Position numbers and translations under genes: made by a program. DNA of 64,000 nt from Nitrosarchaeum sp. (GTDB lineage: Archaea; Thermoproteota; Nitrososphaeria; Nitrososphaerales; Nitrosopumilaceae), in NCBI GenBank assembly GCA_965223865.1, contig OZ245020.1, positions 1,184,001 to 1,248,000 on the forward strand, in the 5' to 3' direction. The notes beneath the pieces are model-generated. The model searched no databases and was not told the DNA's origin. It saw only the letters and a program-made list of their open reading frames with translations. Of the stretch, positions 50,248 to 60,434 are shown in pieces. The stretch's first letter is position 1. Each line of letters opens with the position of its first letter.

Positions 50248-51813
50248 TCAGATTTCTTTTCCTAAGTATGCTCTTTCTCCATGTTGGGTTAGATCTAATC
50301 CGACATCTTCTTCTTTCGGATCTACTCTGATTCCGCCCGGCCATACCTTTGACATTATACCTAGTAATGCTATGGTTACACCAAATGCATAACCCGTCAC
50401 AATTACTGCTGCAAGAATGTTGATGGCTTGTTGTTCCCATCCTTCTGGAGTACCTGTCCATGCGCCTATTCCATCACCAGTGTCCCATATGTGCGGACTA
50501 GCAAATGTTCCTGCCAAGAATGCACCTGTAAGGCCACCTATGCCATGAACTCCCCATACATCAAGTGCATCATCCCACTTACGTGAGTTTTTGAATGCTA
50601 CTGCACCATAACAGACCATTCCTGCTGTGATTCCTATGATTATGGCTGCCATGGGGCCTACCCATCCTGATGCAGGAGTTATAGCAACCAAACCTGCAAT
50701 TGCTCCTGTAGCTGCACCTATGATACTTGGTTTTCCGGTATGGGCCCAAGACATTAACATCCATGTAACCGAGGCCATTCCTGCTGCAATATTGGTGACA
50801 GTCCATGCACTTACTGCAATTCCATCCACCATGACTTCGCTTCCTGCATTGAATCCAAACCACCCAAACCACAGGATTGATGCACCAAGCAAAACTAGTG
50901 GGACATTATGTGGCTCCATAGGAGTCTTACCGTATCCTATTCTTCTTCCAAGTACGATTGCTACTGCCAGTGCTGCAAAGCCAGAAGTGATATGAACAAC
51001 TGTTCCTCCAGCAAAGTCTAGGGCATAACTTGGCGATAACTCTGGAACTAGGTCAAGATAACCTCCTCCAATGTATCCTCCTCCCCATACCCAATGTGCC
51101 ACTGGATCATATACTAGAGTAGACCACAACAGAACAAAGATTATCAGCGCACTGAACTTCATTCTACTTACCATGCCTCCGATGATTAGAGCTGGTGTAA
51201 TGATTGCAAATGTTCCCTGAAACATTGCAAACATCATGTGAGGAACAGTTCCAGGCCAGTCCAAACTGCATATCATGTCTTCAGAAAATACTTGTATTTG
51301 ATATGCAGCTGACCACATATCAGTACATGGACCTGGACTGCCTAATGGCGCAAAATGGGATACTTGGTTAAGCCCAACATAATCAAGACTTCCCATGAAC
51401 AAGTTTGCATCGTTATCAATTGGCCCAAACGCCAAACTGTAACCCCATGCAACCCATTGAACTGAGATAAGCCCTATTACTATGAATGTCATACCCAATG
51501 TGTTTACTGCATTCTTTGATCTGCTCAATCCTGCATAGAAGAAAGCAACACCAGGAGTCATGAACAATACAAAAGAAGTTGCAGTAAGCATCCAAGCAGT
51601 ATCTCCTGTATCTATTCTACATGGAAGCATATTTCCTGCGCCGTCATCATACCAGCATTCATTTGGATTTCCTGTGTAGATGCCGGATTCTCCTTTTACG
51701 TAAGCGTCCATGCCATCTGTAATCTGTTGTGCAAACACTTGCGTGGTAATTGTCGATGATATTACTATGACAATGATCACAACCAGAGCGGGCTTGAAGT
51801 TTCTATTCTTCAT
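50248..51813 (-). CDS. amt: Ammonium transporter (Amt)
   Basis: DTAW, MTPG..FFY.G, DFAGGTVVH, WFGFNAGS, DDALDVWGVHG; twin His retained. Confidence 0.97.
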   Translation of the reverse strand: MKNRNFKPALVVIIVIVISSTITTQVFAQQITDGMDAYVKGESGIYTGNPNECWYDDGAGNMLPCRIDTGDTAWMLTATSFVLFMTPGVAFFYAGLSRSKNAVNTLGMTFIVIGLISVQWVAWGYSLAFGPIDNDANLFMGSLDYVGLNQVSHFAPLGSPGPCTDMWSAAYQIQVFSEDMICSLDWPGTVPHMMFAMFQGTFAIITPALIIGGMVSRMKFSALIIFVLLWSTLVYDPVAHWVWGGGYIGGGYLDLVPELSPSYALDFAGGTVVHITSGFAALAVAIVLGRRIGYGKTPMEPHNVPLVLLGASILWFGWFGFNAGSEVMVDGIAVSAWTVTNIAAGMASVTWMLMSWAHTGKPSIIGAATGAIAGLVAITPASGWVGPMAAIIIGITAGMVCYGAVAFKNSRKWDDALDVWGVHGIGGLTGAFLAGTFASPHIWDTGDGIGAWTGTPEGWEQQAINILAAVIVTGYAFGVTIALLGIMSKVWPGGIRVDPKEEDVGLDLTQHGERAYLGKEI

Positions 51814-51951
51814 TGATTATTATTCGAATTCATTATATTTACAGCTGATAATTAAAATTATATAAATATATGAAGAGATAATTTAATTTACTAAAAATTT
51901 ATTTGTTATATCAAACATTACCTTTATTGATGAAAAAACCTAAAATAAGAC

Positions 51952-52074
51952 ATGGCAGAGGCAGGAATAATTACTTTTGGCATTACAATAGGGATGGGAA
52001 TCGTATTGACAATCGTATGTTTCTCAATCCAAAGTAAGTGGAAAACAAAATCTCTTGAGAAAGCAAAAACATAG
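51952..52074 (+). CDS. 40-aa single-TM microprotein
   Basis: MAEAGIITFGITIGMGIVLTIVCFSIQSKWKTKSLEKAKT; TTTATT about 25 nt upstream. Confidence 0.6.
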   Translation: MAEAGIITFGITIGMGIVLTIVCFSIQSKWKTKSLEKAKT

Positions 52075-52129
52075 ACTCGCATCAATCATCAAACTGTTTG
52101 TCACCTGTATTATTAAGAACCGTTTCCTT

Positions 52130-52375
52130 TTGAGAGGTACCTTCGCTAGACAAATATCAACTCTATATTCACGACACAATTCCTATTATACATTATTTGA
52201 GTTAAATGACAAAAAAAATGTAAAAATTCAAAAGTTCGTGGATACAGTCACATGACTTTTAACTTCTGCATTGGCATTTTTGTATTTATATTTGAAAGGC
52301 AATCAAGATGTAAAAGAATGGTCAGAATCAGAAAATATTGAAACTGCAAACCGACACGTAGCAGAATGGGATTGA
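52130..52375 (+). pseudogene. Possible decayed C-terminal fragment of an alpha/beta hydrolase
   Basis: Frame reads through TGA 52253 into LLTSALAFLYLYLKGNQDVKEW; left boundary uncertain. Confidence 0.35.
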
Positions 52376-52446
52376 AAGTAATCGCAGGAATAATCAGGCT
52401 CAATCGAAAGTTGCAATTGGCCTATATTGTTTGATGAAATTGTCCT

Positions 52447-52983
52447 TTACGGTTTCCATATGGTATCGTCTTTGCCTTTCCTTTTGTTGATGGTTCGGGC
52501 CAAAACAAATAACAAATCAGATAATCTGTTTAGATATTTTATAGCATTTTCATTAAGTTCTTCGGTCTGTTTAACTACAACTGCATAAGATTCTGCTCTT
52601 CTAATAATTGCTCGTGTTAAATGAATTTGCGATGCAGCAACATCTCCACCTGGCAGAATAAAGTTTTGCAGAGGTTCTAATTGACTTTCAAATCTGTCTA
52701 TTGTTTTCTCTAAATTATCTATCATTTGAGTTGTGACTCGATTTTTTGAATTTTCTAGATTGGGATTTGATAAGTCTGAACCAACTATAAACAAATCATT
52801 TTGTATCAATGTCAATATTTCAATTAGTTCATCATCCAAATTATGGCTTAATACAATTCCAAGTGACGCATTGGCCTCATCAACTGCACCATATGCAACA
52901 ATTCTTGGATCTGACTTTAAAACTCTAATATCTCCCTGCAAACCAGTTGTGCCATCATCTCCAGTTTTTGTATAAATTTTCAT
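52447..52983 (-). CDS. pduO: ATP:cob(I)alamin adenosyltransferase (PduO type)
   Basis: MKIYTKTGDDGTT, AYGAVDEAN, FILPGG, RRAE, YLNRLSDLLF. Confidence 0.95.
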   Translation of the reverse strand: MKIYTKTGDDGTTGLQGDIRVLKSDPRIVAYGAVDEANASLGIVLSHNLDDELIEILTLIQNDLFIVGSDLSNPNLENSKNRVTTQMIDNLEKTIDRFESQLEPLQNFILPGGDVAASQIHLTRAIIRRAESYAVVVKQTEELNENAIKYLNRLSDLLFVLARTINKRKGKDDTIWKP

Positions 52984-53129
52984 TAAATTTGAGTGAAGTA
53001 TCTTAGCTATTATGTTATTCGGATTATGCATTCAATTCTAAAGATGACATTAGCGAAATATTGAATCGCTAAATAATGAGATTTATCATTTCATAGTTCT
53101 GATTTATTAGAAGGAAAATATCAAAAAAC

Positions 53130-53660
53130 TTGAAGTTGCTCTTAGAATTTTTTAATACGGTTGCAAATTTGAAGACTATTCCAAGACAAGGATGGATTGA
53201 CAAATTAGAATTAGAAAACCCCGAATCAGTATCAGATCATACTTACTCTATGACAATGATGGCCTTGATTTTTTCTGAGATTAAAAAATTAGATGCCCTA
53301 AAGGTGCTCAAAATGAGTTTGATTCATGACTTGGCAGAGTCTCATACTGGTGATTTAACACCAACTGAAATATCAAAAGATGAAAAAATAAAATTAGAAA
53401 AAAAGACTATGGAAAAAATACTTCAGAACCTTCCTGAAGAACAAAGATACCAACTCTCAGAAATTTGGAGGGAGTTTTTAGAACAAAAAACACCTGAATC
53501 CATTATGGTTCATGAGATTGACAAATTAGAGATGGCATTACAAGCTATAATTTATAAAAACAAAGGCAATCAAACCGTTCAATCTTTTTTACAATCCGCT
53601 GAAAAGGAGATTAAAATACCAGAATTAAAAGAATTATTTAGAAAAATAATTAATCAGTAA
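53130..53660 (+). CDS. HD-domain hydrolase (YfbR/HDDC2-like)
   Basis: LK.IPRQGW, ESVSDH, IHDLAE..GD, DKLE. Confidence 0.92.
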   Translation: MKLLLEFFNTVANLKTIPRQGWIDKLELENPESVSDHTYSMTMMALIFSEIKKLDALKVLKMSLIHDLAESHTGDLTPTEISKDEKIKLEKKTMEKILQNLPEEQRYQLSEIWREFLEQKTPESIMVHEIDKLEMALQAIIYKNKGNQTVQSFLQSAEKEIKIPELKELFRKIINQ

Positions 53661-53665
53661 TAGAC

Positions 53666-53899
53666 ATGTCTGAGAAAAGTAAAGATGAATTAATAGATGC
53701 TCAAAAACAAGTAATTGGAATTCTTTTTGAGGTGATTAAGAGACTACAGGAAAACAATAACCTTGATGAAGAGTATTTCAATATTATTAGTGCTGAAAAC
53801 AAATCCGACAAAAATGAAAAAAGACTGGAAGAAATTCTTAATGAAAGAACTGAAAATGCAAAAATTGTTGGAAGATTACTTTCTCAACTAGAAGTTTAA
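53666..53899 (+). CDS. Hypothetical protein
   Basis: Short helical ORF coupled to the HD gene. Confidence 0.72.
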   Translation: MSEKSKDELIDAQKQVIGILFEVIKRLQENNNLDEEYFNIISAENKSDKNEKRLEEILNERTENAKIVGRLLSQLEV

Positions 53900-54201
53900 T
53901 TTCCACAACTACAGGAATCTTCATCTTTTGAGATAATTTTTAGTCTAGCGGTTTGTTCAAATTTATCTTGAACATAATGAGAAAGATTTGTAATTCTTAT
54001 TCGTGAATTTTTGTTAGACCATGTACCTTCATTTTCAAACCATGATTCAATGTCATCAACATCATAACGTTCACCACTATTCAAAATTTCATTGAAAATC
54101 TCTTTGATTTCCTTAATCTCTTGTTCTTTTAGATTATTCTTGTCTTCAATCAGAGTTGTAATCTCATTTAGTTTAATTATGACATTGTTGGTAAGGGGCA
54201 C
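53896..54201 (-). CDS. Hypothetical protein
   Basis: 101-aa ORF ending CSCGN. Confidence 0.72.
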   Translation of the reverse strand: MPLTNNVIIKLNEITTLIEDKNNLKEQEIKEIKEIFNEILNSGERYDVDDIESWFENEGTWSNKNSRIRITNLSHYVQDKFEQTARLKIISKDEDSCSCGN

Positions 54202-54275
54202 AGTTTAATCGTAATTGCAAAGATATAACAACTTTTCAGATATCGTTTTTATAATAACTGATACTTCTTTGAATC

Positions 54276-54623
54276 ATGCAATATTTTCAGGCCTTAAAAT
54301 TAGGTCAAAAAAGGGTGGCTAAAGCAAGAGAATATCTCAATGAACTAACCAATGGAAAAGCTATGCCTGCATTGGCATTGTCTGATAACAAGTCAAATGT
54401 ATGGAATCCTGTGGGAGAAGAAAATCTCTATGCATTTGTGGATGAATCTGCAGGATTTGTACTTACTGATAATAGTGGATTTATTTTGGCACTTGTGGAT
54501 GATAAAGGATTTTCGAAGACAATTGTACAGGGTGTTACAAACGAACAAAAAGAGATTTTAGAAAAAAAATTCCATGAAGACAATATCGCTGAATACAAAG
54601 GTAAAGTGACCTTACCAGTATAG
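54276..54623 (+). CDS. Hypothetical protein
   Basis: 115-aa ORF with TTTATA box about 25 nt upstream. Confidence 0.75.
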   Translation: MQYFQALKLGQKRVAKAREYLNELTNGKAMPALALSDNKSNVWNPVGEENLYAFVDESAGFVLTDNSGFILALVDDKGFSKTIVQGVTNEQKEILEKKFHEDNIAEYKGKVTLPV

Positions 54624-54694
54624 AAAAAATTAACAAATTTTGTGCCTAGTTTTATCCCCAAACGTTTTTGAATGAATGTCCTAGTTTGTAATTA

Positions 54695-55918
54695 TTGAAA
54701 AAACATTCTCAAGAAGTAGAGGTTAGTGGACATTTAATTGACTCTATGATCTTAACAAAGATCTTTGATAAAATCATGAATCAAGGAGGAGAATTTGAAA
54801 TCCTGAAACTTGATGTAGGTAAAAGAAAAAAAGATTCTAGTCATGCAAGATTGTTAGTTTCTGGAAAAAATCCAAAACATCTTGAAGAAATTTTAGATGA
54901 TATCCATAGAGATGGAGCTACTCCAAAAATTGAAAAACAGATCAGACTAAAGAAAGCTTCAAAAGATATGGTGCTGCCAGATGATTTCTATAGTACAACA
55001 AATAATGATACCTGGCTTTTTCATAACAATCAATGGATTCTAGTAGAGAATCAAATGATGGATAAGTGCATTGTAGTAAAAGAAAATCGAGCTTTTTGTG
55101 TTCCTATTAGAGATGTGAAAAAAAATGATCAAATAGTAGTTGATGAAATTGGAGTTAAAGTATCTCCTCCTGAACGTCCAAGAGACAAGGCAAACATTTT
55201 TGCATTTATGGGAAGCAGTAGTTCTAGTGAAAGACCTACACAGCATATTGCAAAAAAAGTAGCACAGGATATTCTAGATACAAAAAAGAAAGGAGGCAAA
55301 ATAATCATAGTTGGTGGTCCAGCTATAGTACATACAGGAGCTGCAAGCTCTGTTGCAGAATTAATTAGAAGTGGTTACATTCATGGCGTTCTAGCAGGAA
55401 ATGCGTTGGCAGTTCATGACATAGAATATGCAACATTAGGCACATCTCTAGGAATGTACGTTCATGACGCTACTCTTGCAAAAAGAGGACATAGAAATCA
55501 CATGGATACCATTAACGCAGTTTTTAAGGCAGGATCCATACCAAAGATGGTAAAAAGTGGCAAACTAAAAAAAGGAATCTTTTATGAATGTGTGAAAAAA
55601 AATGTTCCATTTGTTCTTGCAAGTTCAATTCGAGATGATGGCCCATTACCTGATGTAATCACTGATGTTGCAGAGGCTCAAAGAGAATACAAAAAAGTTC
55701 TAAAAGATGCAAGTATGGTAATTATGATTTCTACTATGCTTCATTCAATAGCCACTGGAAATATGCTGCCTGCAAATGTCAAAGTAATAGTAGTTGATAT
55801 CAATCAGCCAACTGTTACCAAACTGATGGATAGAGGAACATGGCAAGCTTTAGGAATTGTATCTGATGTTGGTGCATTTTTGCCATTGGTTGCCCAAGAG
55901 ATAAAGAAACTCAAATAA
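54695..55918 (+). CDS. TIGR00300 (LOR/SDH) family protein, ornithine cyclodeaminase-like
   Basis: GHLIDS, FYSTTN, GGPAIVHTG, AGNALAVHDIE, SIRDDGPLP, TMLHSIATGN. Confidence 0.88.
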   Translation: MKKHSQEVEVSGHLIDSMILTKIFDKIMNQGGEFEILKLDVGKRKKDSSHARLLVSGKNPKHLEEILDDIHRDGATPKIEKQIRLKKASKDMVLPDDFYSTTNNDTWLFHNNQWILVENQMMDKCIVVKENRAFCVPIRDVKKNDQIVVDEIGVKVSPPERPRDKANIFAFMGSSSSSERPTQHIAKKVAQDILDTKKKGGKIIIVGGPAIVHTGAASSVAELIRSGYIHGVLAGNALAVHDIEYATLGTSLGMYVHDATLAKRGHRNHMDTINAVFKAGSIPKMVKSGKLKKGIFYECVKKNVPFVLASSIRDDGPLPDVITDVAEAQREYKKVLKDASMVIMISTMLHSIATGNMLPANVKVIVVDINQPTVTKLMDRGTWQALGIVSDVGAFLPLVAQEIKKLK

Positions 55919-56101
55919 TTTTTAAACAATATTTTAAATTATTTTAAAAAATTTTAATTCTTCACATAATGCTTTAGAATTAATTAAAGAATAGATCTAC
56001 AGTCATACGTTTGAGTTTTCTTTTATTTTTAACCTTTACTTAGAATAAATCTGGATGAATAATACGCGGCTCTTAAATGAAAAAATAAAAAAAATATCTT
56101 A

Positions 56102-57039
56102 ATGAATAAGAATGGGTATGGGCCTTATTCGTTGTCAATAATAGCAATTGCAATGGTTGCATTTACACCTGCAGCATTTGCTGAAGTAACTGATCTTCAA
56201 ACAAATTCAGAATTATTTTTCAAAGATCAAAGTATTGTTTTCAACGGTAAAGTTGAACCAAATTCATCAGGATTAGTGACGATAGTAATCAGGAACTCAA
56301 ATGATCAATTTGTAATGTTGGCACAAGCCATCACTGATGAAAATTATTCTTTTGAAAAAAAATCAAGATAAATGAAAAATTTACTGATGATGGAATCTAT
56401 GATGCAACTGGATTTATTTTGAATATGACTGCAGGTGTCACTACTAGCTTTGAGGTTTCAACAAATGGAAATCCTGTATTTGTTGATGAGGATCTCATAA
56501 TCCCTGAACCCCAAATAGAGGAGCTCCCAATCCCTGAGCCATCAATAAAAAACATCGATTTTGTTGATCCATCTAAAGATCCACAGTACTATTTGGATAG
56601 ATACTATAATGAACCTGGTTACAAATCCTGGTTTGATAGGAATTATCCTGGATTTACAATAGAAGAAGCAGTAGGATATGATAATCAAAATGCAAAAACT
56701 ACTGTAGAACAATTTATGGAAAATGAAATCTTACCTGAGGCCGAGGCTGCATCATTAATTCAATCAAACCCACAACCTGCAAATAATGCAGAAAATGCCC
56801 AGATCATCCTTGCTGTAGGTGGATTGGGATTATTGTTTGCTGCAGTTTATGGAATCAAAAGAAAAGTCGATAACAATTCAAGACAAATATCAATTAACAA
56901 AGACCTTATCCGAAAAAAGATCATAAATCCCTTTATTGGTTCTACTCCATCTAATATTCTTCAAACAAGATTAGCTAAAGGAGAGATATCTTTAGAAGAA
57001 TTTGATAGACTAGAAAGAAAACTTAACAAAAAATACTAA
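56102..57039 (+). pseudogene. Exported, membrane-anchored protein with SHOCT tail, split by a frameshift
   Basis: ORFs 56102-56371 and 56419-57039 join into one frame if one A is added to A8 at 56355-56362; signal peptide, FVDPSKDPQYYLDRY domain, TM, RLAKGEISLEEF. Confidence 0.78.
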
Positions 57040-58394
57040 TTTGTAACACTCAAACTGTCTTTTTTTGTATTTAATCTATTTTGATTTTCTTTTTTGAGAT
57101 TTTCAAAGAATTTTGCAATCATATCAATCCCTGCAACTATTCTAGGAGCATTATTTTTTGCAAATTCAATATTGTCTGAATATGTTTTTGGTTTTTGATT
57201 TTGATAGTTTTCATATACTTTAGAACCGTTATAGTCAACGTAAGCAATTCTTGCACTGTAATCTGTTCTCTCTAAAACCAGACTATCTCCGCCTACTATA
57301 GCAGTATGATAGGGATGAGCAATTAGTGATTCTGAAAGCCTTTGAGATGTTGTAATTTTTGCTTTTTGAAGTTCAGGTGCAAATGCATTAAAATCTGCAA
57401 GCAGATAAAATGTTGCCTCTGGTTTAGTGGTCTTTATTCCTTCAATCTCTGATAATCTGTTATAGGTATAGTCTCCCATAATTTTGTGAATGTTTCTTGT
57501 AATCTCAAAATATTCATTCATTTCACTACTAATCTCAAATCCTGCAATCGCTGCATATTGTATTGGAGTGGAAACTGCAGTGTATTCAGTGGCAAGTATT
57601 TTTTTAAATTGTGCCTTAAGTTCAACTGCATGTTGTGGAAAAATAACATATCCTAATCTGTACCCTCCTGCAGCATGAGATTTTGATAATCCATTTGTAA
57701 CAAAGGTTCCTTCAGGATAGATTTTTCCCATGCTGACAAATTTTGAGAAATCAAATGTTGTTTGAGCATAAATTTCATCTGAAATTACTGTAATTGATTG
57801 CTCTCTGCAAACATCTGTAATCTCTTCTAACTCTAATTTGTCATAAAGCAATCCCGTAGGATTGTGAGGATTGTTTAGAATCAGGATCTTTTGTCTGTCG
57901 TGTAATCTGAGAGCAAGCTTTCTAAGATCCCTTGGGGAGATCTTTTTGTTTGCTCTAGTAGGCAGCATGTGATAATTTTTCTTTAAGAATCTAATCTGAG
58001 GAAGATACCCAAGCCAAGCAGGAGTTGGAAGAATTACAGTCCCATGCAATATTTCAAGTAAGTTAAAAATTAGCTCTTTTGTTCCAGGACCTACATAGAT
58101 TCTTTTTGGATCAATATCAATTCCAAAATAATGTTTGTTGTATTTTGATATGGCATCTCGTAAATCTGGAATTCCTGGAACATCTGCATATGTACCTTTG
58201 TTGGCATTTTTTATCAAAGCATTTTGAATCAATTTTGGAACTGAAAAAGGAGATTGCCCAAAAGCAAATCCATAAAATCCAAAACTACATTCTGGATGCA
58301 AACAATCAGAGTGAAACTCCTGCAAAAATGTATTTAGCTTAAGATTTTCAGGCAGTTCAATATCTTCAACTTGTTGGTCAACAACAAATTTCAT
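57036..58394 (-). CDS. Class I/II PLP-dependent aminotransferase
   Basis: NNPHNPTG, ISDEIY, GLSKSHAAGGYRLG. Confidence 0.93.
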   Translation of the reverse strand: MKFVVDQQVEDIELPENLKLNTFLQEFHSDCLHPECSFGFYGFAFGQSPFSVPKLIQNALIKNANKGTYADVPGIPDLRDAISKYNKHYFGIDIDPKRIYVGPGTKELIFNLLEILHGTVILPTPAWLGYLPQIRFLKKNYHMLPTRANKKISPRDLRKLALRLHDRQKILILNNPHNPTGLLYDKLELEEITDVCREQSITVISDEIYAQTTFDFSKFVSMGKIYPEGTFVTNGLSKSHAAGGYRLGYVIFPQHAVELKAQFKKILATEYTAVSTPIQYAAIAGFEISSEMNEYFEITRNIHKIMGDYTYNRLSEIEGIKTTKPEATFYLLADFNAFAPELQKAKITTSQRLSESLIAHPYHTAIVGGDSLVLERTDYSARIAYVDYNGSKVYENYQNQKPKTYSDNIEFAKNNAPRIVAGIDMIAKFFENLKKENQNRLNTKKDSLSVTN

Positions 58395-58464
58395 GGTTCA
58401 TGTTATTTATGCTAAAATATAGTACAGAGATGTGAATTAGAAAATATCAATATGTTAGATTTTA

Positions 58465-60390
58465 TCAACCTAATTTTGGAATCTCATTTAATACCTGAGG
58501 GTTTTCTAATGATGAAAAATCCCCCATTGGTGTGCCTAGGAGTTTTGCCTTTAGTAGTCTTCTCATAATTTTACCTGTTCTGGTCTTTGGAAGTTCTGAT
58601 ATTTGGAAAATTAGTTTGGGCCTAGCTAATTTGCCAATTTTTTTAGAAATATAATTTGACATTTCTGATTCCAAACCTGTTTCTGCTTTGTTATCTGTAA
58701 CATAAAAAACAACAATTGCCTCGCCTGTAATTTCATCAGGAATAGCAATCGATGCTGCATCTGAAATTTTTGGATGTGAAATTACAGTATGTTCAATTTC
58801 TGCAGTGCTCATTCTGTGTCCTGAAACATTAATGACATCATCTGTTCTTCCTTGCATATACCACAGTCGATCTTTATCAACATGAACATAGTCTCCATGA
58901 AACCACATATTTTCAAATCTTGACCAATAAGTCTCAATGTATCTTTGATCATCATTTAACAATCCCTTTGTCATTGCAGGCCATGCAGATTTTATTACAA
59001 GGTATCCGTTTTTTTGTCTAACTGAATTTCCCTCATCATCAAACACATCAAGATTCATTCCCGGACACGGAATACCAACAGTTGATGGTTTTAATTTCAT
59101 GCCAGGAAATACAGAAAGCATTGCACCACCAATTTCTGTCCCTCCTGACAAATTCATTATTGGAATTTTCTTGTTTCCAACTTTTTCAAAAAGCCACCAC
59201 CAAGAATCTTCATCTAGGGGTTCTCCAGTAGTTGGAATATTTTTGATCTTCTCAAGTGAATGATTTGAGCGTGGTTCAATGTTGTTTTTCTTGAACATTC
59301 TAACTGCTGTTGGAGAAATTCCAAAGATTGTGGCATTATACTCATCAAGCATGTTCCAAATTCTGTTAAAATCAGGATAATCAATACTACCATCATAAAT
59401 TACTGCACAGGCTCCAATCATTAACAGACCATAAACATTCCATACAAGACCTGTAATCCATCCAATATCAGCTGGCCATAAAATCACATCTTTTTTTGTC
59501 GTATCTATAAGATAGGCAGCTTGATGTCCTGCAAAAACAGAAAATCCACCATGTACATGTACTACTCCTTTTGGTTTGCCTGTTGTGCCTGAAGTGTACA
59601 AGATAAAAAGAGGGTCTTCAGAATCCATAATCTCAGTAGAACATTTTGAATCTTGCTTTGCCACAAGTTCATCATAACAAACAATTTTTTCAGATTTTTG
59701 GTATTTGTCTACTTCTTTGTATGAAACAAGAATAATTTTTTCAATCTCTGTATCTCTTGTTGCATCTTCAATTATTTTTTTTTGAGAAATTTTTTTTCCT
59801 TTTCTTTCAAATCCATCTGAAACAAAAAGAATTTTTGCTTTACAATCTTGTAATCTTATTTGTAAAGATTCTGAACTGTATCCCGAGAAAATAACCGTTT
59901 GAATGGCACCAATTTTTGCAGATGCCAGAATTGCCAAAATGGATTCTTCAATCATAGGCAAATATATTGCTACTATGTCTCCTTTTTTGACTCCCAACTC
60001 TTTTAGACCGTTTGCCAGCTTTGAAACTTTGGCATCAAGTTCAGAATAAGTAATATGTGAAGTTTGTCCGTCTTCTGATTCAAAATAATATGCAATTTTT
60101 TTAGGATTTGATTTTACAATTTTTTCAACAGAAGATTTGTAAATGTTTGTCTTGCCTCCTACAAACCATCGTGACCATGCTATCCCTTTTGAAATGTCAA
60201 GAACCTTCTCGTATGGTTTGTCCCATACAATTCCTATGTCTTTATCAACTTGTTGCCAAAACCATTCGAGATCTTGATTTGCTTTGTTTGAAAGTTCTTC
60301 AATTGATGAAATTTTGTTTTTTTGCATAAAACGAAAAATATTTGATTGTCTTTTCTGTTCTTCAGTTGGGACAAAAACAAAATCAGACAA
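58465..60390 (-). CDS. acs: AMP-forming acyl-CoA synthetase (acetyl-CoA synthetase family)
   Basis: YTSGTTGKPKG, ADIGWITG, GRTDDVINVSGHR, LPKTRTGKIMRR. Confidence 0.88.
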   Translation of the reverse strand: MSDFVFVPTEEQKRQSNIFRFMQKNKISSIEELSNKANQDLEWFWQQVDKDIGIVWDKPYEKVLDISKGIAWSRWFVGGKTNIYKSSVEKIVKSNPKKIAYYFESEDGQTSHITYSELDAKVSKLANGLKELGVKKGDIVAIYLPMIEESILAILASAKIGAIQTVIFSGYSSESLQIRLQDCKAKILFVSDGFERKGKKISQKKIIEDATRDTEIEKIILVSYKEVDKYQKSEKIVCYDELVAKQDSKCSTEIMDSEDPLFILYTSGTTGKPKGVVHVHGGFSVFAGHQAAYLIDTTKKDVILWPADIGWITGLVWNVYGLLMIGACAVIYDGSIDYPDFNRIWNMLDEYNATIFGISPTAVRMFKKNNIEPRSNHSLEKIKNIPTTGEPLDEDSWWWLFEKVGNKKIPIMNLSGGTEIGGAMLSVFPGMKLKPSTVGIPCPGMNLDVFDDEGNSVRQKNGYLVIKSAWPAMTKGLLNDDQRYIETYWSRFENMWFHGDYVHVDKDRLWYMQGRTDDVINVSGHRMSTAEIEHTVISHPKISDAASIAIPDEITGEAIVVFYVTDNKAETGLESEMSNYISKKIGKLARPKLIFQISELPKTRTGKIMRRLLKAKLLGTPMGDFSSLENPQVLNEIPKLG

Positions 60391-60434
60391 GATTAATTTT
60401 TAAAAATTTAATCAATGTAAAAAGATTTTTTTGA

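Noticed and set aside
52253-52255. In-frame TGA as selenocysteine
   Set aside because: No redox motif or SECIS seen, and Sec is not expected in this lineage; a nonsense mutation is simpler
44852-52440. Integrated provirus or plasmid at tRNA-Phe
   Set aside because: No integrase, no duplicated tRNA end and no viral hallmark gene seen; the variable region lies mostly on the 5' side of the tRNA
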